This document shows, piece by piece, positions 49,923-63,813 of a stretch of 64,000 nt of DNA. Positions within the stretch are counted from its first letter, which is position 1; every line of letters begins with the position of its first letter. Both the position numbers and the translations under genes were made by a program. Below the pieces are notes generated by a model. That model was given only the letters and a program-made list of their open reading frames with translations, was not told the DNA's origin and made no database searches. The stretch is taken from the NCBI GenBank assembly GCA_043228905.1, contig JBHGNT010000004.1, positions 17,794,001 through 17,858,000 of the forward strand, in the 5' to 3' direction. Origin of the DNA: Azolla caroliniana. Taxonomy: Eukaryota; Plantae; Polypodiophyta.

Positions 49923-52900
49923 CACAAAGGACTCGTTATATTGCAATAGCAATAGTTAAAAATTACAGGTATATATACAAGGTTTATCGGACAGATCGGT
50001 TTTGTCAGAGTCGGCAAGATCCGAAGGCAGAAGACCGAATAGGTCGGGTCGGAAGAGCTAAAGCCGATCCTCAGAGAACCGATGTTGGTGGTCAGAAACC
50101 ATCCTGTGCTGTGTGTCCGACTTTAACCGTACCGATTTTTTGTTACGCCCATCTAGTGCCGAAGGGACCGGAAACGATCCGCCGAAAGACACTTGGTCAT
50201 TCCATCTGCGACATTATCGGTTGTGGATATCTTCTCAAGACCGATTTTCCCTGAAATGACGTAGTCCTGAACGAAGTGATATCGAACGTCGATATGCTTA
50301 GAGGCGTTGTGGTGAACCGGATTTTTTTACAAAGCAACAACACCCTGACTATCTCTATAGACAACTGGAGCCGAGTTGGAGTCGATCTGTCGAAACGTGT
50401 GCGCCAGCCGACCGAGCCATAAAGCTTCTTTTGCCGCGTCGGATGCAGCTACATATTCCGCTTCGGTCGTTGAGGAGGTTGTGTACTCCTGAAGTTTTGA
50501 CTTCCACGAGATTGCTCCATTGCCGAATTTGAAACAGTATCCGGTTGTTGATTTTTGGGTGTCCACATAGCCGGCGAAGTCCGAGTCGGTGTAACTGACT
50601 ACGCTTGAGGTTGAGTTCAAGCCGAAAAGAATGTCGTGGTCTTTTGTGCCAGCTAGATATCTGAACACATGCTTGACTGCGTTCCAGTGCGATCGGCCGG
50701 GGTTGTGCATGAATCTTCTGATGACTCCTACAACGTGAGAAATATCAAGCCGTGTCGCGAGCATTGCGTACATGAGGGAGCCGACTACCGGTGCATACGG
50801 TACCACCTTCATATCTTCCCTCTCCGTACCGGATGTCGGACAGTCTCGCTAAGACCGTGGAAGGTTAATGGGAAGCGGGGTCGAAGCAGACTTGACCGAT
50901 TGCATGTTCAAGCGTTCTAAGACACGTCTGATGTAGTCGGTTTGAGACAAGAAGAGTTGTTGTGTATTGCGATACTGACTAATCTTCATACCAAGTATGT
51001 GTCGTGCAGGACCGAGGTCCTTCATGGAAAACTTCAACCGCAGTTGCCGAACGAGTTCAGTGAGCTCTCTGGCATGCCGACCGGAGAGTAGCATGTCGTC
51101 CATGTAGATGATGAGGAAGACGGGAGACCCGTCTTGAGCTGTTTTGGTGAAGAGATAATGGTCCTCATTGCTCTTTGAGAAGCTGACTGATTGGATGAAG
51201 TCGTTGAACTTCTTGTACCACTGTTGGGGTGCCTGTTTCAGGCCGTAGAGACTCTTCTTGAGTCGGTAGACTAGATGTACCTGGCCGGATGCCACAAAGC
51301 CTTTCGGCTGCTCCATATAGATTTCCTCTTATAGGTCACCATGGAGGAATGTCGTTTTTACATCTAGCTAAATCAACTCCAAGTTGTCGGCGACCACGAC
51401 GCCGAGCATGAAACGAAGGGTCGTCATTTTCACCACTAGTGAAAAGATTTCGTCGAAGTCGACACCATATTCTTGTCGAAATCCCTTCGCAACTAATTTG
51501 TCCTTGTACTTTGGGGTGGTCGAGTCAGACGTCTCTTTTAGTCGATAGACCCACTTACACAGAAGAGCACGTCGATTCTTCGGCAATTCGACCAAGTGCC
51601 AAGTCTTGTTTGCCCGAATGGACTGCATTTCCGACTCCATCGCCAGATGCCATGTGGCTGAATCGGCAGATGCCGATGCTTCTTCATAAGACGTCGGTTT
51701 GCCGGCGTCGGTAAAGAAAATTCCGGGAGAGTACCTCTTTGGAGGTTGCGACAATCTCTCGGATTTGCGAGGTATGATTGGACTAGTCGCACCGGGTGTC
51801 AATGTCAGATGGTCGGGAGCCGAGTCATTCGGTTGTGCTGAATCAGTGGATTCGGTGCGAGAGTTGTCGGTTACCCGTGAAACCGATCTCGTGTTGTGGG
51901 TTGGGCCGTCATGAAGGGTTGGCACTTCGGAAAATATTACCCTTCGGACTTCAATAGGCCTTTCGGCTGTTTTATGCATAGCCGACTCGTTGAATGCGAC
52001 ATCCAAACTTCGGACGATTTGTTTGTGCTCGGGGTCCTAGAGTCGGTATCCAATCTTGCCATTGGTCCATATCCAAGAAAAACACATTTCCTTGACCTTG
52101 GTTCGAGTTTCTGGCGGTCGTCTTTCGGTATGAGAGCATACGCCTCGCAACCGAAGATCCTCAGTTTGTCATAATTCGGCTTACTGCCGGTCCATATTTC
52201 CTGAGGTATTTGAAGTCCTAGAGGTCTACTTTGCGACATATTTATTATGTGTACTGCCGTAAGTAGAGCCTCCGCCCAGAATCCATCCGACAGTCCGGAG
52301 TGTTGGAGCATGGATACTATGCGTTCTTGAATCGTTTGATTCATGTGTTCAGCAATTCCGTTCTGCTCCGGACTATAGGGTGTCATATATTCACGTCGAA
52401 TGCCGTGTTCCCCGCAGAATTTGATGATTTCTTCAGACTTGAATTCTCCTCCATTGTCGGTTTGGAGACATTTCAGTTTCCGACCGGTCTGATTTTCAAC
52501 CATTGCAAGCCATTCGAAGATGATCGAGAACACCCAATCATTGGTTCTCATGGGGTAAGCCCACACCTTTCGAGTCGAGTTGTCAATAAAACTGATGAAG
52601 TACGAAGCACCACCGAGAGACTGATGTGGCACCGGGCCACAGACATCCGAGTGGACCAAATCGAGGGGACTCGATTCTCTTGGTGCTGATGTCGGGTGTG
52701 ATGTGGCTACCTGTTTGCCGTACTGGCAATGCTCGCAGAATTGGTGATCTGAGAAGGAGAGTTTAGGGATGTAACCGGCTCTGGATAGGTGCGTTATGCT
52801 AGCCTTGCTGAGGTGTCCAAGTCGTCCGTGCCATAACGATGACACGGGGATATCAACCAAAAATAATTCACCCTCTTTGAGTGTGACATATAAAGGATAC

Positions 52901-55900
52901 AACGAATGTACCTTTGGTCCTCGAGCAAGCAGGAGGTTCCCTTTGTGGAGTGTCCACCCTCCTAATGAGAATCCGGCACGGATGCCGGCTTCGTCAGGTT
53001 GTCCGACTAAGATCAAGGGTCTTGAAAGCTCAGGAACGTGTCAGACGTTGTGTAGAGCCTCCCGGAAGATTAAGTTTTATGGTGCGGATTCCGATTATAG
53101 CACAGTGCTGCGAGTTTCCGACTCGAACTGAGTCGGAGTGCCGGTCCGAGTATTGCCAAAACTGAGATCAGTAAGGTATCACATGATATGATGCGCCCGA
53201 GTTTAGGAGCCATGTGCTCGATTCCTTAGTCGTAAGCAAAACTTCTTATTTGACTGGGTTCTCTATGGATAGTATGTTCAGGTCGGTCGTCAAAATTTCG
53301 GCTGAAGAGCTGATGTAGTTGACCTCCTCATGCCGGCTACTCTTCTAATCCGCACTCTGAGCTTTGTTGGTTTTTGCTTTGAGTGCTCAATAGTTGGCTT
53401 TGATGTGTCCCGGTTTCTTGCAGTAGTTGTAGATTTGGTTGTCCCAGGACTTGCTCCGGCTTCGTTGATTGTTCGGTGGTCGGGAAGAACTTCTTCCCCG
53501 GTTGGTCGAACCTTGTACTACGTAAGCTTCATTTACCGAGTCCTTGGCGAAAGACTTTCTCCGAGCTTCTTCAGTCAGGATTGCGCTCGTGACTTTGGAG
53601 TACTTAACGGCAGCTGTTGAAGCATTGCACAGGATTGTAACGAAAGTTTCCCATGAAGAGGGGAGACTACTCATGAGTATCATTGCTCTGAGTTCATCCT
53701 CGATTGCCATCCCCTGAGATGAGATTTGGGAGCTTATGCTTTCGTACTCGTTGAGGTGTGCCTAAACCGAATCGGATTCTTTCATCAGCAAGTTGTAGAA
53801 GTGCCGGATCAAATACATCTTCGTTGCGGCAACCTTCTTTTCATAAGTTTCCGACAGTGTTTTCCAAAGTTTAAACGTTGTCGTGCATGATTGCACTATG
53901 AAGTACACTGACTCTGACAAGTGCATCCAAATCGTGGCGCGGACGATTCTGTCCAGCTTTAGCCACTCGTTTGCCTTGTATGCTTCTGGAGGATTTTCAT
54001 TCTCAATCGAGTCTATCTGACCCTTGACTATGAGATAGTCCTACATTTGTTCCTTCTAGAAGTTGAAGTTCAAACCGTCGAACCTCCTTAGACTCATCTC
54101 CGATGAGCCGGATGTTGATGCCATCTGCTTCGATTTTGGTTGGTAAGACTCGGTTCGGAGTTGACTACGAACCTTAGTGGGGTGTAGCTGGTCGGCTCCC
54201 CCGATATCGTTCTAGTCGGTTTTGAACCCGAGTCGGTTTGGTTTCGGATACTTGTTGCTGAACTTGCTCAGAGTGACTCCGGTAACTTGAGGGACAGAAC
54301 CGGCTGGTCTTCCCGAATGTTGCCGAGTCGGAGTGAGCCCGGTTAGCTTCCGATTGTATGCCGAATACTGATTACACGAAACTAATTGTTTGGACCGATT
54401 CTACTTCGGATGACTGCAGCGATGAGAGGGACGGATCCAACTGATCCTCTTGAATGTCGATTAGCCGAGTGAAGCACGAAGTGGTTGTTGCCAGGAGACT
54501 AATCTGCAGCGGGTGGTTACAACAAGCGAGTGAATAGCGTCCGGCGACCTATTCGGATGTTGTTTAACCAAATGAACCACGATTGGGTCAGTTGTTGCTC
54601 AAGGAGCTCCCCTCAAGCGGTTACAATCACAAGAATAGAGTACAACCGACTGGCTTACTTCAATTTGTAATTTAACACAGTGAGATGCGAGCTTTTTGTT
54701 TTTCTTCTCCCTTCTCTGTTCTTCAAAGAAAACGAAACCAGAATGTTGTGTTGTGCGATGGCGGTCGGCAGCGGGTTGAAGAACCTCCAACGCTCTGATA
54801 CCAAATGTTGGGGACAAGGCCGTCAATGCGGAAGTGCAAGCAACATTCGTGATGAAGAAGAACCTGTGTATGCATGAGCAAGATAGACACAGAGGGAGAG
54901 AGAGAGAGAGAGAGAGGCACAAAGGACTCATTATATTGCGATAGCAACAGTTACAAATTACAACTAACCTTCACTAAAGGTTACAAAATCACTTTATATA
55001 GTGACTATCCTAGGGCAACGACCCTTTATGCTATTTACAAAAATAGCCCGAACTTGGGTTGTCCAAAGGGACAGTGTGAATACGGCCATTATACACTCGT
55101 ATTCGACAGATTCCTCCATGTTGGTGTCAGCTTCCGCTGCCTACTTGTCTGTTTGGCCATCAATTCATCTGGCTCCTCCGAATCAAGCACCGCTTCCGAA
55201 TCGTTTGACTCCAATTCATTCTAGCTCTTTTACGAATTGGCTATCTCAAATTCATCCTTTACCACATCGGACCACATCCAGATCTTGGCTTTCCGGTCGG
55301 CTCTATCCTTCTTGACTCTGCTGCCCTCACCTCTTGTTCCGAATTTATCGGATGTGCTGACTTCTTTAGTTGACTTAGCTTCCTTTTTCTTATTGTCTCC
55401 CCTTGTTTTCTTGGTTTTTGTTTCGGTTTCAGTTCTCACCATATTAGTAACGGTTCTCCCCCTCAAGTGTGGCATGTCGAGATGCTGAAGACCAAGCATC
55501 TCTGAAAAATGTTGCAACTTGTCTGTTCCAAGGGCCTTCGTGAAGATGTTGGCCACCTCATGATCCATCCAAACATACCGGATTTCTACTTCACCGCTGA
55601 GGACCGGCTCACACACAAAGTGATAATGCACTTCTATATGTTTCGTCCGAGCATGGAACACAGGGTTCTTGGCTACCTACATGTTGCTTATGTTGTCACA
55701 GTAGATCGGGATCGGAGTTAGGACTTCGATCCGGAGGTCTTGTAGTAGCCGCCAAAGCCAAATGGCTTCACAGGTGGCAATGGTGGTGCCCCGATATTCA
55801 GCCTCAATGCTCGACAAAGCCACAGTTGGCTACTTTTTACTGCTCCACACAACAGTCACGCTACCCAGAGAAAACATGAATCCTGAAGTGGACCGTCGAT

Positions 55901-56640
55901 CCGAAGCATCTCTGGCCTAGTCAGCGTCCATATATTTGACTAGATTTTCGCTTATACCGTACCGATATAACAATATTCGGTGCGCGCAATGAATATGCAC
56001 CACGGTTGGCTTCTACATAAATTGACTGATCGCTCCGACTGGATAGCTAATGTTGGGTCGGGTGATCGTCAAGTAAACAAGGCTTCCAACAATTTGTTGG
56101 AACCGTTTCTCATCGCAAGCTAGTTCGGAGTCTAGACGAACCTTTAGGTTCTGGTCCAGGGGTGTGGAGACTGGTCGGCAATCCATAATGCCGAACTTGT
56201 ACATCATATTCAACAGATAATGTCGTTGAGATAACAATATGTTGTTGGGGGAGATCTTCGAATTCCAAGCACGAGGGGCTTGCTTCAGGCTGTAAAGGGA
56301 CTTCTAGATCTGGCACATTGCCGACTTGTTCATCTCCGACTAAAAACCGGGGGGCTAGATCATGTAGAAATGTTCTTTAAGTTTTCCTTGACGAAACGCA
56401 TTCTTCACGTCCATTTGGTGAAGATGCCATCCCCTTGCCACAACAACTACTAGCACCACACGAACTATCATCATCTTCGCTACCGAAGCGAAGGTCTTGT
56501 CGTAGTCGATTCTGTGGGTCTGCAGGTATCCTTTGGTCACTAACTAGGCATTGTATTGGTTGACCGAACCATTAGCATTGTACTTTACCTTGTACACCCA
56601 CTTGCAACTGATTGGTTTGGTTGTGTCGAGTTCGGTGAGC
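49115..56640 (-). mobile_element. Ty1/copia element with extended 3' end (copy 2): 3' LTR 49115-49559, tail, RH and RT; interrupted by 49801-55108; 5'-truncated
   Basis: LTR and tail homologous to copy 1. RT CKWVYKVK, HQMDVKNAF; RH FHARTKHIEVHYH...IFTKAL. Confidence 0.85.
49801..55108 (-). mobile_element. Ty1/copia (Tnt1/Tork-like) element, decayed gag-PR-INT-RT-RH from 54124 to ~50130; 5' LTR 55108-54806; 3' LTR partly deleted
   Basis: TSD GATTC both sides, tRNAi-Met PBS 54803-54792, LWHGRLGH, HSDVCGP, TDNGGEF, YMDDMLL, YTDSDFAG. Confidence 0.92.
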
Positions 56641-59600
56641 TTCCATTTCGTTGGTCGCGGTGTGGTTGCAGGGCGGGTCTTTCCCGAAGTGGGGACGGCA
56701 TGCGGAGGGAATAGTATCGTCAAATATTGTTGAATGATGGGGCAGAGTTTCTTCCTGGTCTGGAATGCATGAAGAACTTCTCGTAGCACTGGCCCTATTA
56801 TGACTCCCCGATGTATGGCCTGTCCCTCGAACATTGCGATGATGATGTCATCTTTTTTGTTTAGGCATCAAATATGCATTGGTGTGCACCCACCCTACTT
56901 CGAGTAAGAACCTCGCAACTTCGCGAAAGAAAGGATCAGGCGCATCCCGCGTCCTGTAGGCATTGGCCGAGATGTAGTATTCCCCAAACTAACGCTCGAG
57001 CACCCTTGCTGGAGGGATCTCGAAGTGGCGTTTTCCATTTCCGGACTGACCCAGCTTCTTCCTAATGTTGGTGTTTGTGATGGTGTCAACATTGAGTTTC
57101 TTCGGCATGTCCTGTGAGTTTGGGTTGGGCGGTGCCTCTGCTACTCGGATGTAGCCTGTAAGGCCCTTGTCGTGGAGCCACCGCTGTAGGGTTGGGGAGA
57201 TGTCAATCGTCATATCTTTGGGGACAGGTTGAGATGAGCGAGGGGAACGATTAAGAGGCAAGGTTCAAGCAATAGAGCTTCTATGATGGTTTTCCGAAAG
57301 AGAAGAGCGAAGAAGAGTAGAGATATTGTGAAGATTTTCCGAAATGAGCAGAAAAGTGACTTGCTTCCTCCTTACGTGAAGATGGAAAGGTAGGGTTCAA
57401 GATTCGTCGAGCCATAACGTGTTCACTTCTTTTCTTGGAAGTTGTGCCTACATGTAACCCCTTAAATAGTCATGAATGCGCCTTCTTTTCTTTTCTTTTT
57501 TTCATACCTAATGGTTATGGTTGTCCTTATAGTACACTAGTGTTACATTTCTACAAGTCGAGCCGTGTTTAATGTGGCATGTGCCGTTCTACTCAAGCGT
57601 TGTTTTGTCCGCATCGACTCGAAAAAAGGTTCAACGGAGTGGGACCCCAATACGGCTTCAACCGAAACCCGTTGACCTTCTGGCGTAACACTTCTCCTAT
57701 TAGGGCACCCAGCTCGAATGTCCCATTTTCAACTCCTACTATCTAGTACGGTCCAATCAATCTGGCATCTTTCCCATGGGTGTTTGGAACACTACGACGG
57801 CTTTTCCAATATTAAACCATTTCTCGTTGTTGATGCGGTGCCGATCCATGAACGCTTTCCGCCATCATTGTTCGTGTTCCAAGTTTGTCATGTTGTGAAC
57901 TCTAGCTTCACTGAGTTCGAGCAGTTGGTATAAGTGGACTTGCTCGGACTATCATTCGGAGAGGCATTCTCGCACTTGTATTCGTAAACTCAGAACCTAG
58001 AATTCCACAGGCATAACAACTTCAAGTCCGAACGCTAGCCGGAATGGAGTCGATTGGATACTGGTCTTGAAATTGGTGCAGTACGCCCATAGGTCGCTAT
58101 GCAGCTTAGTGTCCCAATCCGTGTGATTGTCATTGATGATCTTCTTTAGGATGTTTTGGAGTGTTTTGTTCATCAATTCTGCAAGTCCATTTGCCTGTGG
58201 ATAGTACGACGTGCTTTTCTTGTGAACTACGGCGTAATGGTTGGTGAGCTCATGGATTATCGTATTGAGGAAATGGCTTCCTTGATCACCGATAAGCTCT
58301 ATAGGGCATCCAAAACGGCAGTAGATGTGCTCCTATAAGAATCATGTTGTGGATGCCACCGTGTTATCTCGTAATGCTTTTGCCTCAACCCATTTTGTAC
58401 AGTAGTCTGTGGCCACTAGGATGTACTTATTACTTGTTCGTGCCGCGGCTGGGGTAAATGGTTCGATGAAATCCAGACCCCATTTCTGGAAAGGCTCTAG
58501 TGGTAGCATTGGTTGATGGGACATTCGCTCTAATTTTGTAGGTGGGCCCATTCGCTGACATAGGTCACATTCTTTGCAGTACGTGTGGGTATCCTTCTGT
58601 GTCGTCGGCCACCAAAGTCCTCCTTGCCATATCTTCCATGCGTACTGCCCCCTTCTATTCTGCAGTGACCCTCTCGTAATACCACATTTTTTTCATCCTG
58701 GGGTTCACATCTTCGCACGATGCCGTCACTTCCCTTATGGTACAGTATTCCTTCAAGCAAGCAAAAGTTCAGGCTTCTGACCGCTAGCCGTTTCTTTTCA
58801 CCAGTACACTTCCGGCAGTCCCGTACCTAAGAAATAGGTCATTTCCTCCACCTATTTGTCCAGGGAGTGTATTCCTTCTTCGACTTCGCTTGACGAAATA
58901 TGCGGGATTCCGGTATCTGGAAAGTTGTTGTCGTGAAAATCCGTCACTATGTGCGGATCGTGAGGCGGAACTGCCGGAGTTCTAGAAAGGAAGGATTTGA
59001 AGTTTGTACTAGCTTTAGTGAGAAAGTATTTAAGATTAATTGAGAGAGATTGATATGGAGAAAGAGAGAGATTGAGATAAAGATTAAACGCTTAACTTTA
59101 GATTTGAGAGGCAAGATACATCAACAATAGAATAACAAGTTTCTTATTTTTCCCAAATTTTTCATTAGTTTTTTCTTGCTTGATTGCTCCACTCTTTTAT
59201 AGATGCCCCCATGCATATGGTGCATGTGAGGGTGCAAGACATGCACATAATGCATGAAATGCATGCAATGCATGTTTGCCATGTCATCAATTAAGCTCTC
59301 ATGTATGTTAATTTATATGTAAAATGATCAAAGTAAAACTTTTGAAGATATAACTTGGCTTAGTGGTAAGCCTATTGACTTCAACTTGGAGGTGCAAGGT
59401 TTAAATTCTTACTTGCACCCCTTTGTATACAAATTTTCTTTTTACTAGGCTTTTTAGTCTTGTTTTTTAAAAGTGTTTAAGTGCATATTACACCTTCACT
59501 TGTACTCCAAAGAACTAAACGATTTTGTTCGTTTCACACCGGAAAACTTCAAGACATCATGTGTCGCGATAAATCTACCTGTCCGGTCCTTCCGATCCGC

Positions 59601-62600
59601 ATCCATTTGGCCCGGTCCGCATGCCATCCGGTTCCTTCCGATGGTGACGCTATATATCATTCCTAAAGTTGCACGCTCTGTCGTCTGTTAATTTATGAGT
59701 GGCTCAGTGAGTTGCATGAGTGCGCTACCGATAGCTATGTCGGATGCATCTACGAACACATGGAATGGTTTTGTCCAGACCGGAGGCTGTACTATTGGTG
59801 TCTGCATAAGCATTACTTTTAGCACTAAGTATGCCTTGTCTTCCATCGTCGTCCATTTGAAGGGAGTCTGATGCACTGTTGTGTGTAATGGCGTAGCGAA
59901 AACCACCAAATAGTGGAGCATGCGGTTGTGCCAACAAATCTGACCCAAGAAGCGACTATGAGCCTTTGCGTTACATGGGGCTCGAGCCTCTACAATGGCT
60001 TTGATTTTTTCCGGGATCCACCGCAATACTGTCTTTGCTCACTATGTGACCAAGAAGGGCTCCATTTGTGACCCCAAACACGCATTTGGCGGGATTGAGG
60101 CTACGTTGTGTTGAACAACATCGTTCCAAGCATAGACGTAAATGTCCTAAATGATCCGCTCATTTTCCATACACCGCAAAGTCATCGAGAAAAACCTGTA
60201 TGAATGCGGGGATGAACTCGCAAAAAATTTCAGCGATGATGCATTGGAACATTTTTGGGGCGGTCTTCAATCCGAACATCATGACTACGGCCACGAAAAC
60301 GCCCCAATCTGTTACAAAGGCGGTTTTCTCTTGGTCTTCTAGGTGCATTCGTATTTGGTTATACCTGCTAAATCCAGCAAAGAAGCTATAAATTACATAC
60401 GGCATTGAGTACGCTATCTTTAACGGCAACGGAAAGGCGTCTATGATCGTAACTACATTCAATTTGCGATAGTCGACGCAAATGCAGATTTTGCCATTTT
60501 TCTTTGGTACAACCATGATCGGGCTAAGCCATTAGGCTTGGTTTACCAGCCGAATGAACCCGATTTTTAAAAGTTTATCGATTTCTTCCTTTACGCGTGG
60601 CACATAACTCGGGTTCATGTTGTAGCGCCGCTACTGAACTTGTTTCGTGTCCGTTGCTGATTTGATTTGGTAAAACTTCAGGTCCAGTCCCTTCATGTCA
60701 TCATGTGACCATGCAAACACGTCTTTATACTCTCTTAATAAGTCAACCATCGCGACCCTTTCGTTAGGCGTTAGGTCCTTTGCTATGGACAACAATCGTG
60801 GTGCCTCGAGTGTCCCTACATCAATCTCCTCCAAGGTCGACGTTGTGACCCGTGGAGAGATCTCCATTTCTCAATCAAACGCATTACACGTCCTACTCAG
60901 TTCCAACAATGATTCTGGGTCTGGTTCGTACTCCTTATTTGGTGCGACCAACGCGACATATTTGTTAGTTATCTCTAAGACGTGTATCTCGAACAACGGT
61001 ATTATTCGTGGGTTCTCGTCTAGGTAAGCCTCGAGTACCGTTTTGTCCAACCCTTCCATCATGTTGACATCTTCCATATACAATGGCATTATTGCTTTTG
61101 TGGGTGATGTGGTCTCCTGTGTTGGTCCTTGAACCTTGGCACGGCCCCGACGAAAGCTAATGTTGTTATACTATCAGTTCTGCTTGATATTAGCAGAGCG
61201 TAACCATGGGTGACCTAACAAGATGGGGTATGCGTCAAGAGCATCGATATCCAAAAGAACGGTTGTAATGTCAAAGGGATGGCCACCTATCACGATTTTT
61301 AGTTTTCGGACCAACCCCAATGGTATGACGGAACGGGTATCCACCATACGGAGCCAAAATGGACACGCTTCCCACTCTGTAATGCCAAGACGGTTACACG
61401 TGGCCTTATTGATCACGTTTACCCCAGAACCGCCATCGATAATGTAGGTTGTGACTACCTGGCCTTGCAGAACCACCTTGATAGTTGGGTTGTGATGATC
61501 AACCACAGCTGGCTCCATACTAGATGCCATAAAATTAGCCGGAATTTCGACTCTATCCAGCCCTGTATTTGTGTTTCCACAGTCTCTCGGAATCGGGGAA
61601 CCCGGTTCAATAATTTATCCATTGCTAGAGTAATTTCTGAATTGGCAAGTGCTTGCCATATCGGGTCTGCCACTAGTGTCGTTTCCTGTTCATGGGCAAA
61701 TGACGCGGCATTTGACGACTCCTGGCACATGTGTTTAACATTGGCTTCATTTGCCTTCTCCACCCATGCTTTTGCAGCTTCCCGGATCTCTTCTTGCTCC
61801 ATCCATTCTGTGGTTTTGGCCTTACTATGGGTCATGACTTGTTGGACTTTTACCATGATAGTGTTCACGGCTGGCCCTTTCCTCTTATCGTGTCGTGGGC
61901 ATTTAATTGTGTAGTGTCCTAGCTGTTGGCAAATAAAACAATGGACACTAGACTCACCTTTTTCGACGATTGTGAGTGCCACCAGCTCTACTGATGGCGC
62001 CTATTCTTCCCGAGATCGCTGGTAACGCCTATTGTTATGGAGTTTCTGTCGATAATCGCGAGGATTTACCTGGTGATGCTCCTCTTCCGAACTCTTGTCA
62101 TGGAGCTGCTAATTTCATGATTGTCAGTTTCCGCCGTATCAGCGTGCTTCGGCCTTACCACCGCGATTATTGGCGGGACGCCAGTTGTCGTAGCGTCGTC
62201 CACTTTGAGGACTATAGCGGTCATTTCATAGGTCATCCTCATCCTCCTGATCCTCATCCTTAGAATATGGGTCATTGTCGTGGTGAGGATGGTTGGGACG
62301 ACCCGAATGATTATTGCGCTCCGAATTCCGGTAGCGCTCATTTGGTCAATTGTTGTCGTGTTGTAGGTGACGACGTTGCGGCTTGATACGGCGTACTGGC
62401 GATACATGGCGATTTAACATATTATATTCAGATTGATCCATCGTATGCACTGGCGAGTGACAAATAGGACAGTGGATTCGCATGTTGCAATCCACGACGG
62501 AGTGCCCTGAGTTTAAACAGATCATGCATTGGATGGCCTGTCGGAATCGGTACTCCTCGTCTTTAGGTACAACGCTTGTCGTAACAACGCCGTAGACAAC

Positions 62601-63813
62601 CCATCGTCCAACTCAAGCTGTAGGGCCCTTTCGATAACTTTGTTCGTTGTTTGTCCCGTGAAGTTTTGCATTCCCTATGTCATCCGTAATGGACGACGTA
62701 AGGCAGCCAAAAACATTTCTTTTGCTTCGTCTTCTATGGGAGCTCTTGTCAGTTGGCGCCGTAGATTCTGGAACCGTAGGCTGAAGTCAATGACAGACTC
62801 TTGATGAAGTTGTTGAATAGTGTAGAATTCACCAATAATCTCGTGTTGCGGAATGCTTTGGTGAAAGAAGCGTAAAAATGCTGAGCACAGTTCGTCGAAG
62901 GAGGCAAAAGTTGCGATGTCGAGTTGGGAATGCCAACTGGCGGCACCTCCGTCGAGGGTCAAACCAAACTCCGCGATTTTGGAAGCATGAGCTTCGGCTT
63001 CTGGCAGTCGTTGTGACAGATGATTTGCGTTCCAAAATTCAGGAACGATCGAGCGTGGTCATGGGCGTTGGTGTCTCCACTGAAGCGAGGGTATGAGAAA
63101 ACCATCATAGTAGACTAACTGGTGTTGAGGTAAATACCGCCGACGTGGTGTGGGGAGGTTTGTGATGTGGTGGTCGTTTCACTATAATGGTGAAGTGGGG
63201 ATAGGAACTCCTGCTTTGTCCCACTTTGCTCGGTGAGCGTTGACTCGAGTGTATTTTCGGAGAGAGTCGAAAAGTGGTCGTTGAGACGTGGTTTTTGCGT
63301 AGCGCGTTCCTTTGTCTTTCAATTTACAGACTGGGTCTGTGGTTTATCCTGATGAATTGGTTCTCTTTTGCGTCGACGAGTAGACATCCATTCCTTGATG
63401 TTTGGCTCTAAGAATCACATACAACCAAGCGTGCCAAATTGTTACCAGCTAGGGTAAACACGGCCTACCCTCGATCCATCGGGGTACGACTCAAGAGGAT
63501 TGCAGTGCACGAAATGGAGTGTGTAAGGCGGCGGTCATGAACAACTATGAGCCTAGGGAAAAGGGAATGAGGACAACGGTTACAACCGATCTCCTTGCAC
63601 AAGGCGTCACCTTTACATAGACTTCCTTACATAATTAATCACGCATAGAGATTACGCAAATAGATAAAAAGAGAGACACATCGATTCGGGACAACACAAC
63701 TATATTTCAGAGTTTCAACAAAAAACTACATTGCCTTTTATAGGTTACCCATGCCCTCTATATATAGGGGTCGTGGTCAGTTACGCTTGGTGTGAACTGT
63801 TACAACGTTCACA
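56640..63813 (-). mobile_element. Decayed non-chromovirus (Tat/Athila-like) gypsy: 5' LTR ~63813-63440, gag (two knuckles), PR, RT, RH, INT and start of a downstream extra ORF
   Basis: PBS-like TGGCACGC; CIICLNSGHSVVDC and CFICQQLGHYTIKC; IIDGGSGVN; FLDDFAVYG; VDASD; WGLDFIEPF...[11 protein letters not shown]. Confidence 0.85.
58929..59556 (-). mobile_element. Solo LTR (Trp-primed group) with tRNA-like cassette at 59351-59420
   Basis: TGTCG...AGACA termini. TSD TTGT/TCAT (both derivable from TCGT, which restores HDFPD in the host pol). A-box TGGCTTAGTGG at 59356-59366. Confidence 0.85.
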
